A stretch of 64,000 nucleotides of DNA from Macrostomum lignano (lineage: Eukaryota). The position numbers were made by a program, and so were the translations under genes. The notes beneath the pieces are model-generated. The model did no database searches. It was given only the letters and a program-made list of their open reading frames with translations, and was not told the DNA's origin. How positions within the stretch are numbered: position 1 is the stretch's first letter; each line of letters starts with the position of its first letter. The stretch is from NCBI GenBank assembly GCA_002269645.1, contig NIVC01001874.1, forward strand, positions 124,001 to 188,000, given 5' to 3'. Below, one piece after another: positions 24,201 through 36,258 of this stretch.

Positions 24201-27200
24201 AGACAATCTGGGTCATAGACAGTTCCAGATTGATTAAGTCAGTAAGACAATCTGGGCCATAGACAGTTCCAGATTGATTAAGTCAGTAAGACAATCTGGG
24301 TCATAGACAGTTCCAGATTGATTAAGTCAGTAAGACAATCTGGGCCATAGACAGTTCCAGATTGATTAAGTCAGTAAGACAATCTGGGCCATAGACAGTT
24401 CCAGATTGATTAAGTCAGTAAGACAATCTGGGCCATAGACAGTTCCAGATTGATTAAGTCAGTAAGACAATCTGGGTCATAGACAGTTCCAGATTGATTA
24501 AGTCAGTAAGACAATCTGGGTCATAGACAGTTCCAGATTGATTAAGTCAGTAAGACAATCTGGGCCATAGACAGTTCCAGATTGATTAAGTCAGTAAGAC
24601 AATCTGGGCCATAGACAGTTCCAGATTGATTAAGTCAGTAAGACAATCTGGGCCATAGACAGTTCCAGATTGATTAAGTCAGTAAGACAATCTGGGCCAT
24701 AGACAGTTCCAGATTGATTAAGTCAGTAAGACAATCTGGGTCATAGACAGTTCCAGATTGATTAAGTCAGTAAGACAATCTGGGCCATAGACAGTTCCAG
24801 ATTGATTAAGTCAGTAAGACAATCTGGGCCATAGACAGTTCCAGATTGATTAAGTCAGTAAGACAATCTGGGCCATAGACAGTTCCAGATTGATTAAGTC
24901 AGTAAGACAATCTGGGTCATAGACAGTTCCAGATTGATTAAGTCAGTAAGACAATCTGGGCCATAGACAGTTCCAGATTGATTAAGTCAGTAAGACAATC
25001 TGGGCCATAGACAGTTCCAGATTGATTAAGTCAGTAAGACAATCTGGGCCATAGACAGTTCCAGATTGATTAAGTCAGTAAGACAATCTGGGTCATAGAC
25101 AGTTCCAGATTGATTAAGTCAGTAAGACAATCTGGGTCATAGACAGTTCCAGATTGATTAAGTCAGTAAGACAATCTGGGTCATAGACAGTTCCAGATTG
25201 ATTAAGTCAGTAAGACAATCTGGGTCATAGACAGTTCCAGATTGATTAAGTCAGTAAGACAATCTGGGTCATAGACAGTTCCAGATTGATTAAGTCAGTA
25301 AGACAATCTGGGTCATAGACAGTTCCAGATTGATTAAGTCAGTAAGACAATCTGGGTCATAGACAGTTCCAGATTGATTAAGTCAGTAAGACAATCTGGG
25401 TCATAGACAGTTCCAGATTGATTAAGTCAGTAAAACAACCTGGGCCATAGACACTGTTTGACACCAGTTTTCACTGAAAAGCACCAAAGAATGCTCTGTT
25501 TCTGCCCCATATTATCGCAATCTGTCACACAAAAAATCTAAACAAGAACTGGTAGTGCACCGGATACAAGTTCCCGACCGGATAAAGCTCTAGTCGGCTG
25601 GCCCGGTGCCTAGGTCAGGAATCGGTGCAGAGTCAAAAACTTTGTTTTACTCATTCGATTAGTCAAGCTCATACTTTACTATAAAAGTCACTATTGCTGG
25701 TCCAAAAAGGGTCGGGCTACTTTGTAAATAATTGAGAGTCCAGCGGGGACTGCAGTTTTATGCCCGTCCGCCTGTCCATCCCTCCCCAGGGTCGCACGCA
25801 TCGGCAATGCGGTCTGTTGCATTATTAATGCTGCTACTGCAATGCTCTCTCTGTCGATCTCCCTTAGTCTTAGCTAAACGTCTTTTTAAAGCTAAACCGA
25901 TCGAGAAATTAAGGGTCAAATCAGTGCTGTTTTTGCTAATTGAAGTCGCCATTTGGAAATTATCTGCACTGAAGATGGCTTGGGTAGATTTACGTAAAAC
26001 TTTTATTATTGTAGAAGCTTATGAGTCACGGAGCACTTTGCGTGCTTGCAACAGTGTACATTGTCCCTGTGTACATATACAGCAGCGAGTTTGCATCAGT
26101 GTACATTGTCTCAGTGTACATATACAGCAGCGAGCTTGCATCAGTGTACATTGTCTCTGTGTACATATACAGCAGCGAGCTTGCATCAGTGTACATTGTC
26201 TCTGTGTACATATACAGCAGCGAGCTTGTATCAATGTACATTGTCTCTTTGTACATATACAGCAGCGAGCTTGCATCAGTGTACATTGTCTCTGTGTACA
26301 TATACAGCAGCGAGCTTGTATCAATGTACATTGTCTCTGTGTACATATACAGCAGCGAGCTTGTATCAATGTACATTGTCTCTGTGTACATATACAGCAG
26401 CGAGCTTGTATCAATGTACATTGTCTCTGTGTACATATACAGCAGCGAGCTTGTATCAATGTACATTGTCTCTGTGTACATATACAGCAGCGAGCTTGTA
26501 TCAATGTACATTGTCTCTGTGTACATATACAGCAGCGAGCTTGTATCAATGTACATTGTCTCTGTGTTCATATACAGCAGCGAGCTTGTATCAATGTACA
26601 TTGTCTCTGTGTACATATACAGCAGCGAGCTTGTATCAATGTACATTGTCTCTGTGTACATATACAGCAGCGAGCTTGTATCAATGTACATTGTCTCTGT
26701 GTACATATACAGCAGCGAGCTTGTATCAATGTACATTGTCTCTGTGTACATATACAGCAGCGAGCTTGTATCAATGTACATTGTCTCTGTGTACATATAC
26801 AGCAGCGAGCTTGTATCAGTGTACATTGTCTCTTTGTACATATACAGCAGCGAGCTTGCATCAGTGTACATTGTCTCTGTGTAAATATACAGCAGCGAGC
26901 TTGTATCAATGTACATTGTCTCTGTGTACATATACAGCAGCGAGCTTGTATCAATGTACATTGTCTCTGTGTACATATACAGCAGCGAGCTTGTATCAAT
27001 GTACATTGTCTCTGTGTACATATACAGCAGCGAGCTTGTATCAATGTACATTGTCTCTGTGTACATATACAGCAGCGAGCTTGTATCAATGTACATTGTC
27101 TCTGTGTACATATACAGCAGCGAGCTTGTATCAATGTACATTGTCTCTGTGTTCATATACAGCAGCGAGCTTGTATCAATGTACATTGTCTCTGTGTACA

Positions 27201-28860
27201 TATACAGCAGCGAGCTTGTATCAATGTACATTGTCTCTGTGTACATATACAGCAGCGAGCTTGTATCAATGTACATTGTCTCTGTGTACATATACAGCAG
27301 CGAGCTTGTATCAATGTACATTGTCTCTGTGTACATATACAGCAGCGAGCTTGCATCAGTGTACATTGTCTCTGTGTACATATACAGCAGCGAGCTTGCA
27401 TCAGTGTACATGTACATCAGAATTCACATGCACTTTGTCCTATGTGAAACGAGTTTTACTATTGAATCAAAATTCTGGAATCAGCTCGGAATTCAGTAAA
27501 AGTGGCGAATCATTCAGCACCAGAACTCGGCATTCGAGCTCGCAGCGGCAGCAGCGGCGGAAAAGTCGGCGGCTTCAGCAGCGGGGGCGGTTTTGGCGGC
27601 GCGTCAAGGCGGCTCATAGCAACCATACCGGAGGGCTCCCCCCAGCACAGTCAGGTTGGTGTGGAACTGTCTTTGTGTTAGAGGACCCGAGCTGCAGGCA
27701 GTTGTCACTGCAGTCAGTTGTCACTGCAGTCAGTTGTCACTGCAGTCAGTTGTCACTGCAGTCAGTTGTCACTGCAGGCAGGTGTCACTGCAGGCAGTTG
27801 TCACTGCAGGCAGTTGTCACTGCAGGCAGTTGTCACTGCAGGCAGGTGTCACTGCAGGCAGGTGTCACTGCAGGCAGGTGTCACTGCAGTCAGTTGCAGT
27901 TGTCACTGCAGGCAGTTGTCACTGCAGGCAGGTGTCACTGCAGGCAGTTGTCACTGCAGTCAGTTGCAGTTGTCACTGCAGGCAGTTGTCACTGCAGGCA
28001 GTTGTCACTGCAGGCAGTTGTCACTGCAGGCAGTTGTCACTGCAGGCAGTTGTCACTGCAGGCAGTTGTCACTGCAGGCAGTTGTCACTGCAGGCAGTTG
28101 TCACTGCAGGCAGTTGTCACTGCAGGCAGTTGTCACTGCAGGCAGTTGTCACTGCAGGCAGTTGTCACTGCAGGCAGTTGTCACTGCAGGCAGTTGTCAC
28201 TGCAGGCAGTTGTCACTGCAGGCAGTTGTCACTGCAGGCAGTTGTCACTGCAGGCAGTTGTCACTGCAGGCAGTTGTCACTGCAGGCAGTTGTCACTGCA
28301 GGCAGTTGTCACTGCAGGCAGTTGTCACTGCAGGCAGTTGTCACTGCAGGCAGTTGTCACTGCAGGCAGTTGTCACTGCAGGCAGTTGTCACTGCAGGCA
28401 GTTGTCACTGCAGGCAGTTGTCACTGCAGGCAGTTGTCACTGCAGGCAGTTGTCACTGCAGGCAGTTGTCACTGCAGGCAGTTGTCACTGCAGGCAGTTG
28501 TCACTGCAGGCAGTTGTCACTGCAGGCAGTTGTCACTGCAGGCAGTGTCACTGCAGGCAGTGTCACTGCAGGCAGTTGTCACTGCAGGCAGTGTCACTGC
28601 AGGCAGTTGTCACTGCAGGCAATTCTCACTAAATCGTATTAAATATTTCAACAAAACTTCCGACTTTGTTGAAATGCCTGTTTCAGCTGACAGCACCGCA
28701 GGACGCGGAGGAGGACCAGCTCTCCTCGTTGGTGTCGGCCGCGTCGGCGCAAGCGAAAGCGAAGTTGTCGCCCTTCGAAGTCGAAGAAGCTGGCAGCGGT
28801 GGCTCACCTGAGGACAGCCTGAAGGTGCCGCTTGCAGGCGCCGAGGATGAGTTGCTGTGA
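15717..28860 (+). CDS. Shaw: Shaw/Kv3-family voltage-gated potassium channel, ~765 aa, 8 predicted coding exons
   Basis: Exons 15717-16352 (T1: [14 protein letters not shown], Zn motif H-x5-C-x20-CC), 19691-20318 (S1-S5, pore [18 protein letters not shown]), 21324-21686 (S6 [16 protein letters not shown]), then 21855-21938, 23343-23534, 23835-23891, 27485(or 27497)-27654, 28687-28860; all phases consistent. Core exons certain; start codon and tail exons 4-8 are less certain predictions. Confidence 0.9.
16353..17635 (+). repeat. 23-bp (and 16-bp variant) minisatellite starting at the Kv3 intron-1 donor
   Basis: Unit GGGTTCAGGCTGGGTGCAGCTGT; roughly 55-60 units. Confidence 0.95.
18497..18796 (+). 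repeat. 16-bp minisatellite (~19 copies), Kv3 intron 1
   Basis: Unit GACTGATCACAGG(G/A)TA. Confidence 0.95.
19443..19680 (+). repeat. 15-bp minisatellite (~15 copies) ending ~10 nt before the Kv3 exon-2 acceptor
   Basis: Unit AAAACCGAC(C/A)AC(A/C)TC. Confidence 0.9.
20352..20629 (+). repeat. 27-28-bp minisatellite (~10 copies), Kv3 intron 2
   Basis: Unit CCTGTAAAATCTCCTCGATAATCCGACA. Confidence 0.9.
21051..21267 (+). repeat. (CT)n microsatellite with CCAT interruptions, Kv3 intron 2
   Basis: Directly visible dinucleotide tract ending ~55 nt before the 21323 acceptor. Confidence 0.97.
21968..23205 (+). repeat. 51-bp minisatellite (~24 copies), Kv3 intron 4
   Basis: Unit CACCTGGAGCTGAGTGACTGAGGCTCCGGTATCACTGATCCCCATCTGACA; explains the 17-aa periodic ORFs. 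Confidence 0.95.
23959..25455 (+). repeat. 44-bp minisatellite (~33 copies), Kv3 intron 6
   Basis: Unit GATTGATTAAGTCAGTAAGACAATCTGGG(C/T)CATAGACAGTTCCA; degenerate units at the left edge. Confidence 0.95.
26054..27412 (+). repeat. 45-bp minisatellite (~30 copies), Kv3 intron 6
   Basis: Unit GTGTACATATACAGCAGCGAGCTTGTATCAATGTACATTGTCTCT; source of 15-aa periodic ORFs. Confidence 0.95.
27691..28620 (+). repeat. 16-bp minisatellite (~58 copies), Kv3 intron 7
   Basis: Unit GCAGGCAGTTGTCACT. Confidence 0.95.
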
Positions 28861-28957
28861 TGCTGGCGCGAGATGGTGTTGGGTGAGCACAGGTCTCACC
28901 ACACTGGCCGCGCACTGCCTCACAGTATTGAGCACTGCAATGCTTGCTATCTCCCGT

Positions 28958-29733
28958 GGGATCTGGGATCTAGGATCTGGGATCTAGGATCTGAGATCTA
29001 GGATCTGGGATCTGGGATCTGGGATCTGGGATCTGGGATCTGGGATCTGGGATCTGGGATCTAGGATCTGGGATCTAGGATCTGGGATCTAGGATCTAGG
29101 ATCTGGGATCTGGGATCTGGGATCTGGGATCTGGGATCTAGGATCTAGGATCTGGGATCTGGGATCTGGGATCTGGGATCTGGGATCTGGGGATCTGGAA
29201 TCTGGGATCTAGGATCTGGGATCTGGGGTCTGGGATCTGGGATCTGGGGATCTGGAATCTGGGATCTAGGATCTGGGATCTGGGATCTGGGATCTGAGAT
29301 CTAGGATCTGGGATCTAGGATCTGGGATCTGGGATCTGGGATCTGGGATCTGGGATCTGGGATCTGGGATCTGGAATCTAGGATCTGGGATCTAGGATAT
29401 GGGATCTAGGATCTGGGATCTGGGATCTGGGATCTGGGATCTGGGATCTGGGATCTGGGATCTGGGATCTGGGATCTAGGATCTGGGATCTGGGATCTAG
29501 GATCTGGGATCTAGGATCTGGGATCTGGGATCTGGGATCTAGGATCTGGGATCTAGGATCTGGGATCTGGGATCTGGGATCTGGGATCTGGGATCTGGGA
29601 TCTGGGATCTGGGATCTAGGATCTGGGGTCTAGGATCTAGGATCTGGGATCTAGGATCTGGGGTCTGGGATCTAGGATCAGGATCTGGGATCTAGGATCT
29701 GGGATCTGGGATCTGGGATCAGGTATCTGGGAT
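28958..29733 (+). repeat. 7-bp satellite (G/A)GGATCT, ~110 units
   Basis: Directly visible; not the TTAGGG telomeric motif. Confidence 0.95.
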
Positions 29734-31171
29734 GTGAGAGAACAGAGCACTTTGCCGCAAGGATTTCGTTACCTACTAAGTTGTTTTTAATTTCTTCTCA
29801 TTTCCTTTTAATTTGCCGATTATCATATTTATTCTAGGGACTCAGATTCATGTGTAATTGCGCCTCAAGGATGCATCCCGTGTGAGAACAATCTATGGAG
29901 ACAAAGGAATGCTAAATTTAAATTTTCAATTTCGCTAACCTAAAAAAAGTATTTGTCCAGCAATTATGTCTGCGGAAGCAGACACGCTGCAACAGAACTC
30001 GAGTGTGCGCCTAAAAGCAAGGAATCTGAGCTTTTTTAGCTATAACTGGCTTCTGTGCACCTGCACTCTGCTTCCGCGGAATAAACAGCGGAATTCGAAA
30101 ATAACAGTTAATAGAGCTGCCGCTAAACACGCAGTTTAGCCGGCTGTTGCAGCTACAGAAGTGTTTATTAACTGAGCACAGAAGCAGTCGCTGGATTCGC
30201 CCGAGACAGCGGTAGAAACTCGTATTAATCCTGTTTAGATAAAATTGCAGAACAGCAAACATTTTGTCGCGTCGCTTGCAGAGCTGGCAGCCACTGGGCT
30301 GCTGCTGCTACCCACAAGCAGCGGCCCTGCACGCGGGCCAACAAAGTGTTGGTAAATTGAATTTGCATCCCAGCTTCCGTCATCGGTGCAGAAATATTCG
30401 GTCTGCTGCTATAAAATCGTGTGCAGAATCTATCAGCTGCATGACAGTCCGATTTCTAACTGTATACTACTAACTATAGCCGCGTCGCGAGTAGCGAGGC
30501 GCGTGCATAACGTGCATAATTTTTCAATTTGAAACTTGCATGTACATTCGTGCCAGATTCGTTGTGCAAGGTTCGGCCCGATCCATGTGTTATTGTGTTT
30601 ACTTGTAAAACAATTGTGTATCGATATTATTGTTTTATGTTGCGTTATTAGTATACAATGTACGCATTTTTACTTATAAGAGTATGAACCACACATGCCA
30701 GTTGATAAACATTTCATATCTAGAGCACAGGGGCCGAATAGTCAATTAAGAGCCAGCCAATCGGCTCTTAGCAATGGGCCAGAAAATTTAACGGGGAGTG
30801 CTAGAGATAAAGTACTTATACAGCCAATAATAAAAACCAGCCAATCAGCGCGATTCAATTGAGGGCAGAAATATTTTATGGGGGGGCGTAGTGAGACAGA
30901 AGTGTAGTACACAAAATAGGGCAGAGGTTCAATAAGAACCAGCCAATCAGCGCGAAGGAAGGGATAGAAATTTTTTGGGGCCGTGGCTTAATAAAATGTA
31001 CGCAGTAGAAAGGGGTAGAGGGCTTAAATTAATACCAGCCAATTAGGACAGGAATAGTTAACGATTTAAAAAGAACTTTCGTTTTATTTGGTAGAGAAAA
31101 ATATAAATTTAGCTTTTAACCCATCCTCGTAGAGACTAACTTAAGTCTTTTGTATATTCGCACATTTTCAG

Positions 31172-31350
31172 ACGCGGTCAGCTGGGCCACCGCCGGCCAG
31201 CAGACTGCAGCCAGTGGCCGGCACTCCAGCTTGGCGCTGCCGAGGTCAGCTGCCGGAGCGGCGGCGGCGCCTGCTGCTGGCGGCAGAACCCGACGGCGCA
31301 AATCGTTCATTGTTGGGCAGCTGGTGTCGTCGCTAGGCAGACGTGAATAA
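31172..31350 (+). CDS. Candidate alternative terminal exon (phase 1), possibly of the Kv3 gene
   Basis: Strong TTTTCAG acceptor at 31165-31171, GC-rich open frame (D)AVSWATAGQQ...GGRTRRRKSFIVGQLVSSLGRRE* in AT-rich surroundings; phase 1 matches donors of Kv3 exons 3-6. Confidence 0.35.
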
Positions 31351-32237
31351 TTTCTTTGTCCTAGACATTGTACTGCACTTTGAAATGTACTTTTAATTCG
31401 AGTTGTACAGCACATGCAAGCATTGCTATTTTGCAGAAATTTGATGGAAAATACGTTGGAATCAATATCGAAAGGGGGAAATTGAGTTGCAGAGCCAAAC
31501 AACCAAACCAACAACCAACTCCAAACAAACCCTTCCCGAGCCGCGCTTAGGGTTATTCCACTGCAAAATTTCACCAGTAATTCCCATCTTAGTTGTCCAG
31601 ATAAATAAGCAGTGAATTTACGAAAAACTCTGCTAACAATTGATAATTCACAAATGCGATTATGGGCTTATGTGTTATGAATTATCCCATTAGAAATTCA
31701 TTGGTCATGGAGTATCCTGGTCATTGACAGCGGCCAATATTGTACTTTAATTGTCCAACGCAAACCGCTTCCCTAAGACAAGACAGAAACCAAGTATTTT
31801 TCTCTTTTCCTGACGATGTCAAAAACGCCATTTGCTTGTCATCTGATTCATGAATGTTAACAAATCGCTATGTAACCCAGTAACAGCCGCTGTCAGAAGT
31901 TGTTTTTTTATTATTCATTAGAAGTTCTATTTTCGGTTTATAAAATCGCGTGTCCAACACTTGCATGCCCAGTTGATTAATACAAGACTTGTACATGCGC
32001 AAATACAAGGGCAACTGCAATTCTTACGGTGATTAAGTTTTGATAAGGTTCCATTTGCAGTGCTCAATGTTCTGTGTACTGGATCTTCTATTGAATGTAA
32101 ATTTGTGTTTATATATAGCTCTTATGAAACATAGGTGCATTGGACTATCAGCATCTTTTAGCTGTTTTGTATAGATCAGTACTAGCAATCGGCGGCCCCA
32201 GTTGCGAAACAACAAAGAATGGAATAATTTTTTTGAA

Positions 32238-32590
32238 TTACATGTAGCTTCATGCCTCTCAGCCTCGACATCTCGGCAATTCCCCGTCAGCCTCGACATC
32301 TCAGAAATTCCCCCGTCAGCCTCAACATCTCGGCAATTCCCCCGTCAGCCTCAACATCTCGGCAATTCCCCCGTCAGCCTCAACATCTCGGCAATTCTCC
32401 CGTCAGCCTCGACATTTTAGCAATTCCCCGTCAGCCTCGATATCTCAGCAATTCCTCTGTAAGCCTTGAAATCTCAGCAATTCCCCTGTAAGCCTTGAAA
32501 TCTCAGCAATTCCCCCGTCAGCCTTGAAATCAGCAGTTCTCCCCAAGACTCACAGCAAATTATAGCAATTTCCTCGAGCCTTGATATCTT
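32238..32590 (+). repeat. 28-29-bp degenerate minisatellite (~10 copies)
   Basis: Unit GGCAATTCCCCGTCAGCCTCGACATCTC, decaying to the right. Confidence 0.85.
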
Positions 32591-32647
32591 ATAAATTCCC
32601 TAATGAAATCTCTACCTTCAAAATTTGAACCAAGTCTTCACATCTAA

Positions 32648-33694
32648 TGATGTGTTCCTTATTACCCGACTTTTGGTAATCAAAGAACAATCACTTCTAG
32701 CTCAGTAGCTAGGCAACCCAGTACGTCAACAGAGGGTATTCAATTACCTTGAGTCCTTAACTGAGAGCTCTCGTCAATACTCCTTGTTCGTTGATCTCGT
32801 TATCAGTAGCGTTCCTGTCCTTCAGGAATTCCGGGCGCCGGTCAACAGTTGATCTGGTCCGCTCTTGCAATTGTCTCCTTGACTTCTTGCCGGCCGGTTA
32901 TCTGTAGTTCGGACCAATCGGAAGCTTCCAAGTTAACAACGGGTACCCTGCGCCAAACTGCGGTTTAACATAAGCCTACTCCTTCTAGCAGTGCCTCTAT
33001 GCACTCTAGGTATAGCTCCGGAAACCACTGATAGTCTTCTAAGATCTATCAGGGGCAGTCCTTCTGGAGACTGCAACCAGTAGAGTCTAGACAGACTCAG
33101 GAGTCTCAACAGACTCAAACTAAACTCCAACGAGACGTCTCAAAACACAGGCGCAAATGAGTAAGGCTTACCGCAAGAACTCGACGAGTCTTCTGTAGGA
33201 AGTCCTGTAGTGGCTTCCTCTTCGGAGCTCTTCTCCTTCCGGAGGAATTGTGGCTCCGGGTCCGTTCCGGACCACTTGTATTTATAGGCGTTCAGACCTC
33301 TCTCGAGGTCGTACATCACTGTCTTCGCAAATGTCAAAGGGTCACGATTCGGTGGCTGTCAAGCATGACAGGGTAGAAAGTTGCGCAACTAGTCTACTGT
33401 AAAAGCGCATGATTGGTTACCGTAGCTGGTAGACTTTGATTGGTTCATCCGGGTGCAACCCGAGTGCAAACCAAATGATGACTGGGAAGGTGGGGTTTAA
33501 ATTGACAGTTGTTGGTCGCACGTGATTGGGTGATTTCTAAAATTAGCATGCTCGAGATTTCTCTCTTTCTATTGGTTAATTCGAATATATGTATGGTTCA
33601 GCGCATATCCTTATACATGCTCCTCAAATTACTACTATTTAAGTAGTACGTTAACAATTTTAAATAACTTTTCTGGGAGATATAATACTCTACA
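32648..33694 (-). mobile_element. Probable solo LTR (1047 bp)
   Basis: Begins TG (32648) and ends CA (33694), flanked by CTAA at 32644-32647 and 33695-33698 (4-bp TSD); minus-strand TATAAATA at 33279-33286 preceded by four CCAAT boxes (~33412-33575). Confidence 0.5.
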
Positions 33695-33779
33695 CTAAGA
33701 AAAGAAACCGTAGGATTTATAATTTAACACACATCAAGTCGGTTAGAATAAAAGTCACAGGAAGCTGTAATGAAAGGGT

Positions 33780-34140
33780 TAGATGGGTGCAAATTTGGCC
33801 ATAAGCCTAAGAATATTGAAGCTTCGTGTATCAGAATGCACAATTGTCCAACTTGAATGTGCAGCTAGCTGGCAATGGGGTGGAGCGTGAGCTCAGAGTA
33901 CTGTGAGCAGTGCCGTGTCTAGTCTCTCTCTCTTTCCGTTCTGTACTTATGCTCGTTTTGAAACTTTACCGGACCCGTTTTTTGACTGTACAGGTTGTTC
34001 TTAAATCACTTGGATTGAATTGGCCCTGATGACGTCTATGATAGGCGAAACGCGTTGGGCTATGTTTCTATTAGCGTTTATTTTTCTACTTATTAGACCA
34101 GCTAAACTACCACAAGCAGTTATGACGTTTTTCTCTTGCA
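33780..34140 (+). mobile_element. Penelope-like retroelement 3' remnant
   Basis: With two 1-nt gaps ~33800-33870 reads SLRILEASCIRMHNCPTLNVQ, like the C-terminal end of Penelope GIY-YIG endonucleases; followed by a hammerhead-like core. Confidence 0.35.
34021..34062 (+). ncRNA. Minimal type-I hammerhead ribozyme-like motif
   Basis: CTGATGA (34026-34032), N, stem II GTCTA-TGA-TAGGC, GAAAC (34047-34051), palindromic AACGCGTT stem III; stem I imperfect. Confidence 0.45.
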
Positions 34141-34375
34141 TTCTAATTCTGCTTGACCTTTGCAAAGAAGCATATTTTTCGAATATTTAATCCTTTCAGC
34201 ATAGAGAAATTACTTAGCCACGACACGTACCAACACCGGAAATTTTTTGACCGAACAGTGCAAGTTTCATGATAATCCGGTTTTTTCTAAAATCTATCAG
34301 ATACCTTACCTAGATAGAGATTGATAAAGAAAAACCATTTTAGTATAGTGATGGACATCTCCAGACTCCGGGTGT

Positions 34376-34795
34376 GCCAGATCAGTACATCTCTAGGTGT
34401 TTACATTTAGATCAGCATCCCCAGGTGTGCTAGATCAGCATCCCCAGGTGTGCTAGATCAGCATCCCCAGGTGTGCTAGATCAGCATCCCCGAGGCGTGC
34501 TAGATCAGCATCCCCAGACGTGCTAGATCAGCATCCCCAGGTGTGCTAGATCAGCATCCCCGAGGCGTGCTAGATCAGCATCCCCAGACGTGCTAGATTA
34601 GCATCCCCAGGTGTGCTAGATTAGCATCCCCGAGGCGTGCTAGATCAGCATCCCCAGACGTGCTAGATTAGCATCCCCAGACGTGCTAGATTAGCATCCC
34701 CGAGGCGTGCTAGATCAGCATCCCCAGGCGTGCTAGATTAGCATCCCCAGGCGTGCTAGATCAGCATCCCCAGACGTGCTAGATCAACATCTCCT
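34376..34795 (+). repeat. 23-24-bp minisatellite (~17 copies)
   Basis: Unit GCTAGATCAGCATCCCCAGG(T/C)GT. Confidence 0.92.
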
Positions 34796-35571
34796 AGTGT
34801 TAGATAAAAAGCAGAAAGAGGCCACAGCAAAAACCAACAATGGAGCAATACACAGCAATCTATTAATTTAAGACACTCGGGCAAAAAACCGCAGCACTCT
34901 AAAAGCCGGAGTAATTCTGTTATTCCAGCTTACAACTGATGTTATATATTTATATTAGACCTTTTCTATATAAGCAGAAGCATACGGCTAAAAACAAAAA
35001 ATAGACACAAGACAGAATAAGAGCATTAGAAGCCCTCAACCAGATGGGAAGCACGGAGAAGATCAGGTGTTGAATCTCTTCAGATCCAACAAAAAAGTAA
35101 TACAACTTTGCCCAGAAATCCCTAATAACTCTCTGATTCAAACCGAATGTCCTACACCAGCGGCAGCAGCCTTGCAAGAGTCTACTCAACATTTTGGAAA
35201 AAAATCAATAACAAAAAATAATGGAATAAACGGAATAGCAGTTGCACACAGTTGGAATGTACGACTGGTAGGCATTGATGGAAGGCTATTTTTATCCACA
35301 ACCAAAAGAAGGCAAACAAAAATCATAGGAAGCAGTCGGGCCTGTCAATCAGCTTGTAAATAATTATAAGAATTGTTGTCGCATTTTCTTAAATAGCATA
35401 TACAAACATATGTATGGATAGATAAGTATATATAAATTATTAACTTTGTCGAACAAATCTAAATTAAATTTGCGAGGCACAAAATTGTGTCTGGGGAAGG
35501 GTGGAGGCAGCGTCGGATTTAAAACATGCATATTAATAGAAATTTGAAGAATGGGAACCGAACGATTTTTA

Positions 35572-36093
35572 TTAGCTCGCTACTATTAGCAGTTGAAGTA
35601 GTAGTCTGTAACTGATTTTCTTTTAAAGCCATAGCTCGCTACTAGTAGTTCAGTAGTAGTCTGTAACTGATTTTCTTTTAAAATCATAGCTCGCTACTAT
35701 TGGTAGTTCAGTAGTAGTCTGCAACTGATTTTCTTTTAAAATCATAGCTCGCTACTATTGGTAGTTCAGTAGTAGTCTGTAACTGATTTTCTTTTAAAAT
35801 CATAGCTCGCTACTATTGGTAGTTCAGTAGTAGTCTGTAACTGATTTTCTTTTAAAATCATAGCTCGCTACTATTGGTAGTTCAGTAGTAGTCTGTAACT
35901 GATTTTCTTTTAAAATCATAGCTCGCTACTATTGGTAGTTCAGTAGTAGTCTGCAACTGATTTTCTTTTAAAATCATAGCTCGCTACTATTGGTAGTTCA
36001 GTAGTAGTCTGTAACTGATTTTCTTTTAAAATCATAGCTCGCTACTATTGGTAGTTCAGTAGTAGTCTGTAACTGATTTTCTTTTAAAATCAT
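35572..36093 (+). repeat. 58-bp minisatellite (9 copies) just downstream of the DNAJC5 stop
   Basis: Unit ATAGCTCGCTACTATTGGTAGTTCAGTAGTAGTCTGTAACTGATTTTCTTTTAAAATC. Confidence 0.95.
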
Positions 36094-36258
36094 GGCCACC
36101 CGCAGCTGTTCCGTTTGGGAAATTGTGTACATTTCGTGCCGCGAAAAATTAATTTGTTAAAAAATAAATCAACCGCAAGTTTGACAAATTTACGCAACTG
36201 GGATGGAAGACGAGTCAAAGAATATTTGAAATGGAAACCGACCGGCCTAGCACTGCGC

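Noticed and set aside
25552-25613. TAGTGCACCGG...CCGGTGCCTA mini inverted repeat
   Set aside because: Only ~10 bp, imperfect, no target-site duplication.
25732-25875. GC-richer patch as an extra Kv3 exon
   Set aside because: No acceptor/donor pair giving phase 1-1 compatibility was found.
25732-28811. Long ORFs of 571, 463, 921, 328 and 304 aa (Cys/His/Gln-rich periodic peptides)
   Set aside because: They arise from stop-free 45-bp and 16-bp tandem units open in several frames on both strands, inside predicted Kv3 introns; no independent coding signal.
28958-29733. 7-bp G-rich array as telomeric repeat
   Set aside because: Unit GGGATCT/AGGATCT does not match TTAGGG-type motifs and is interstitial.
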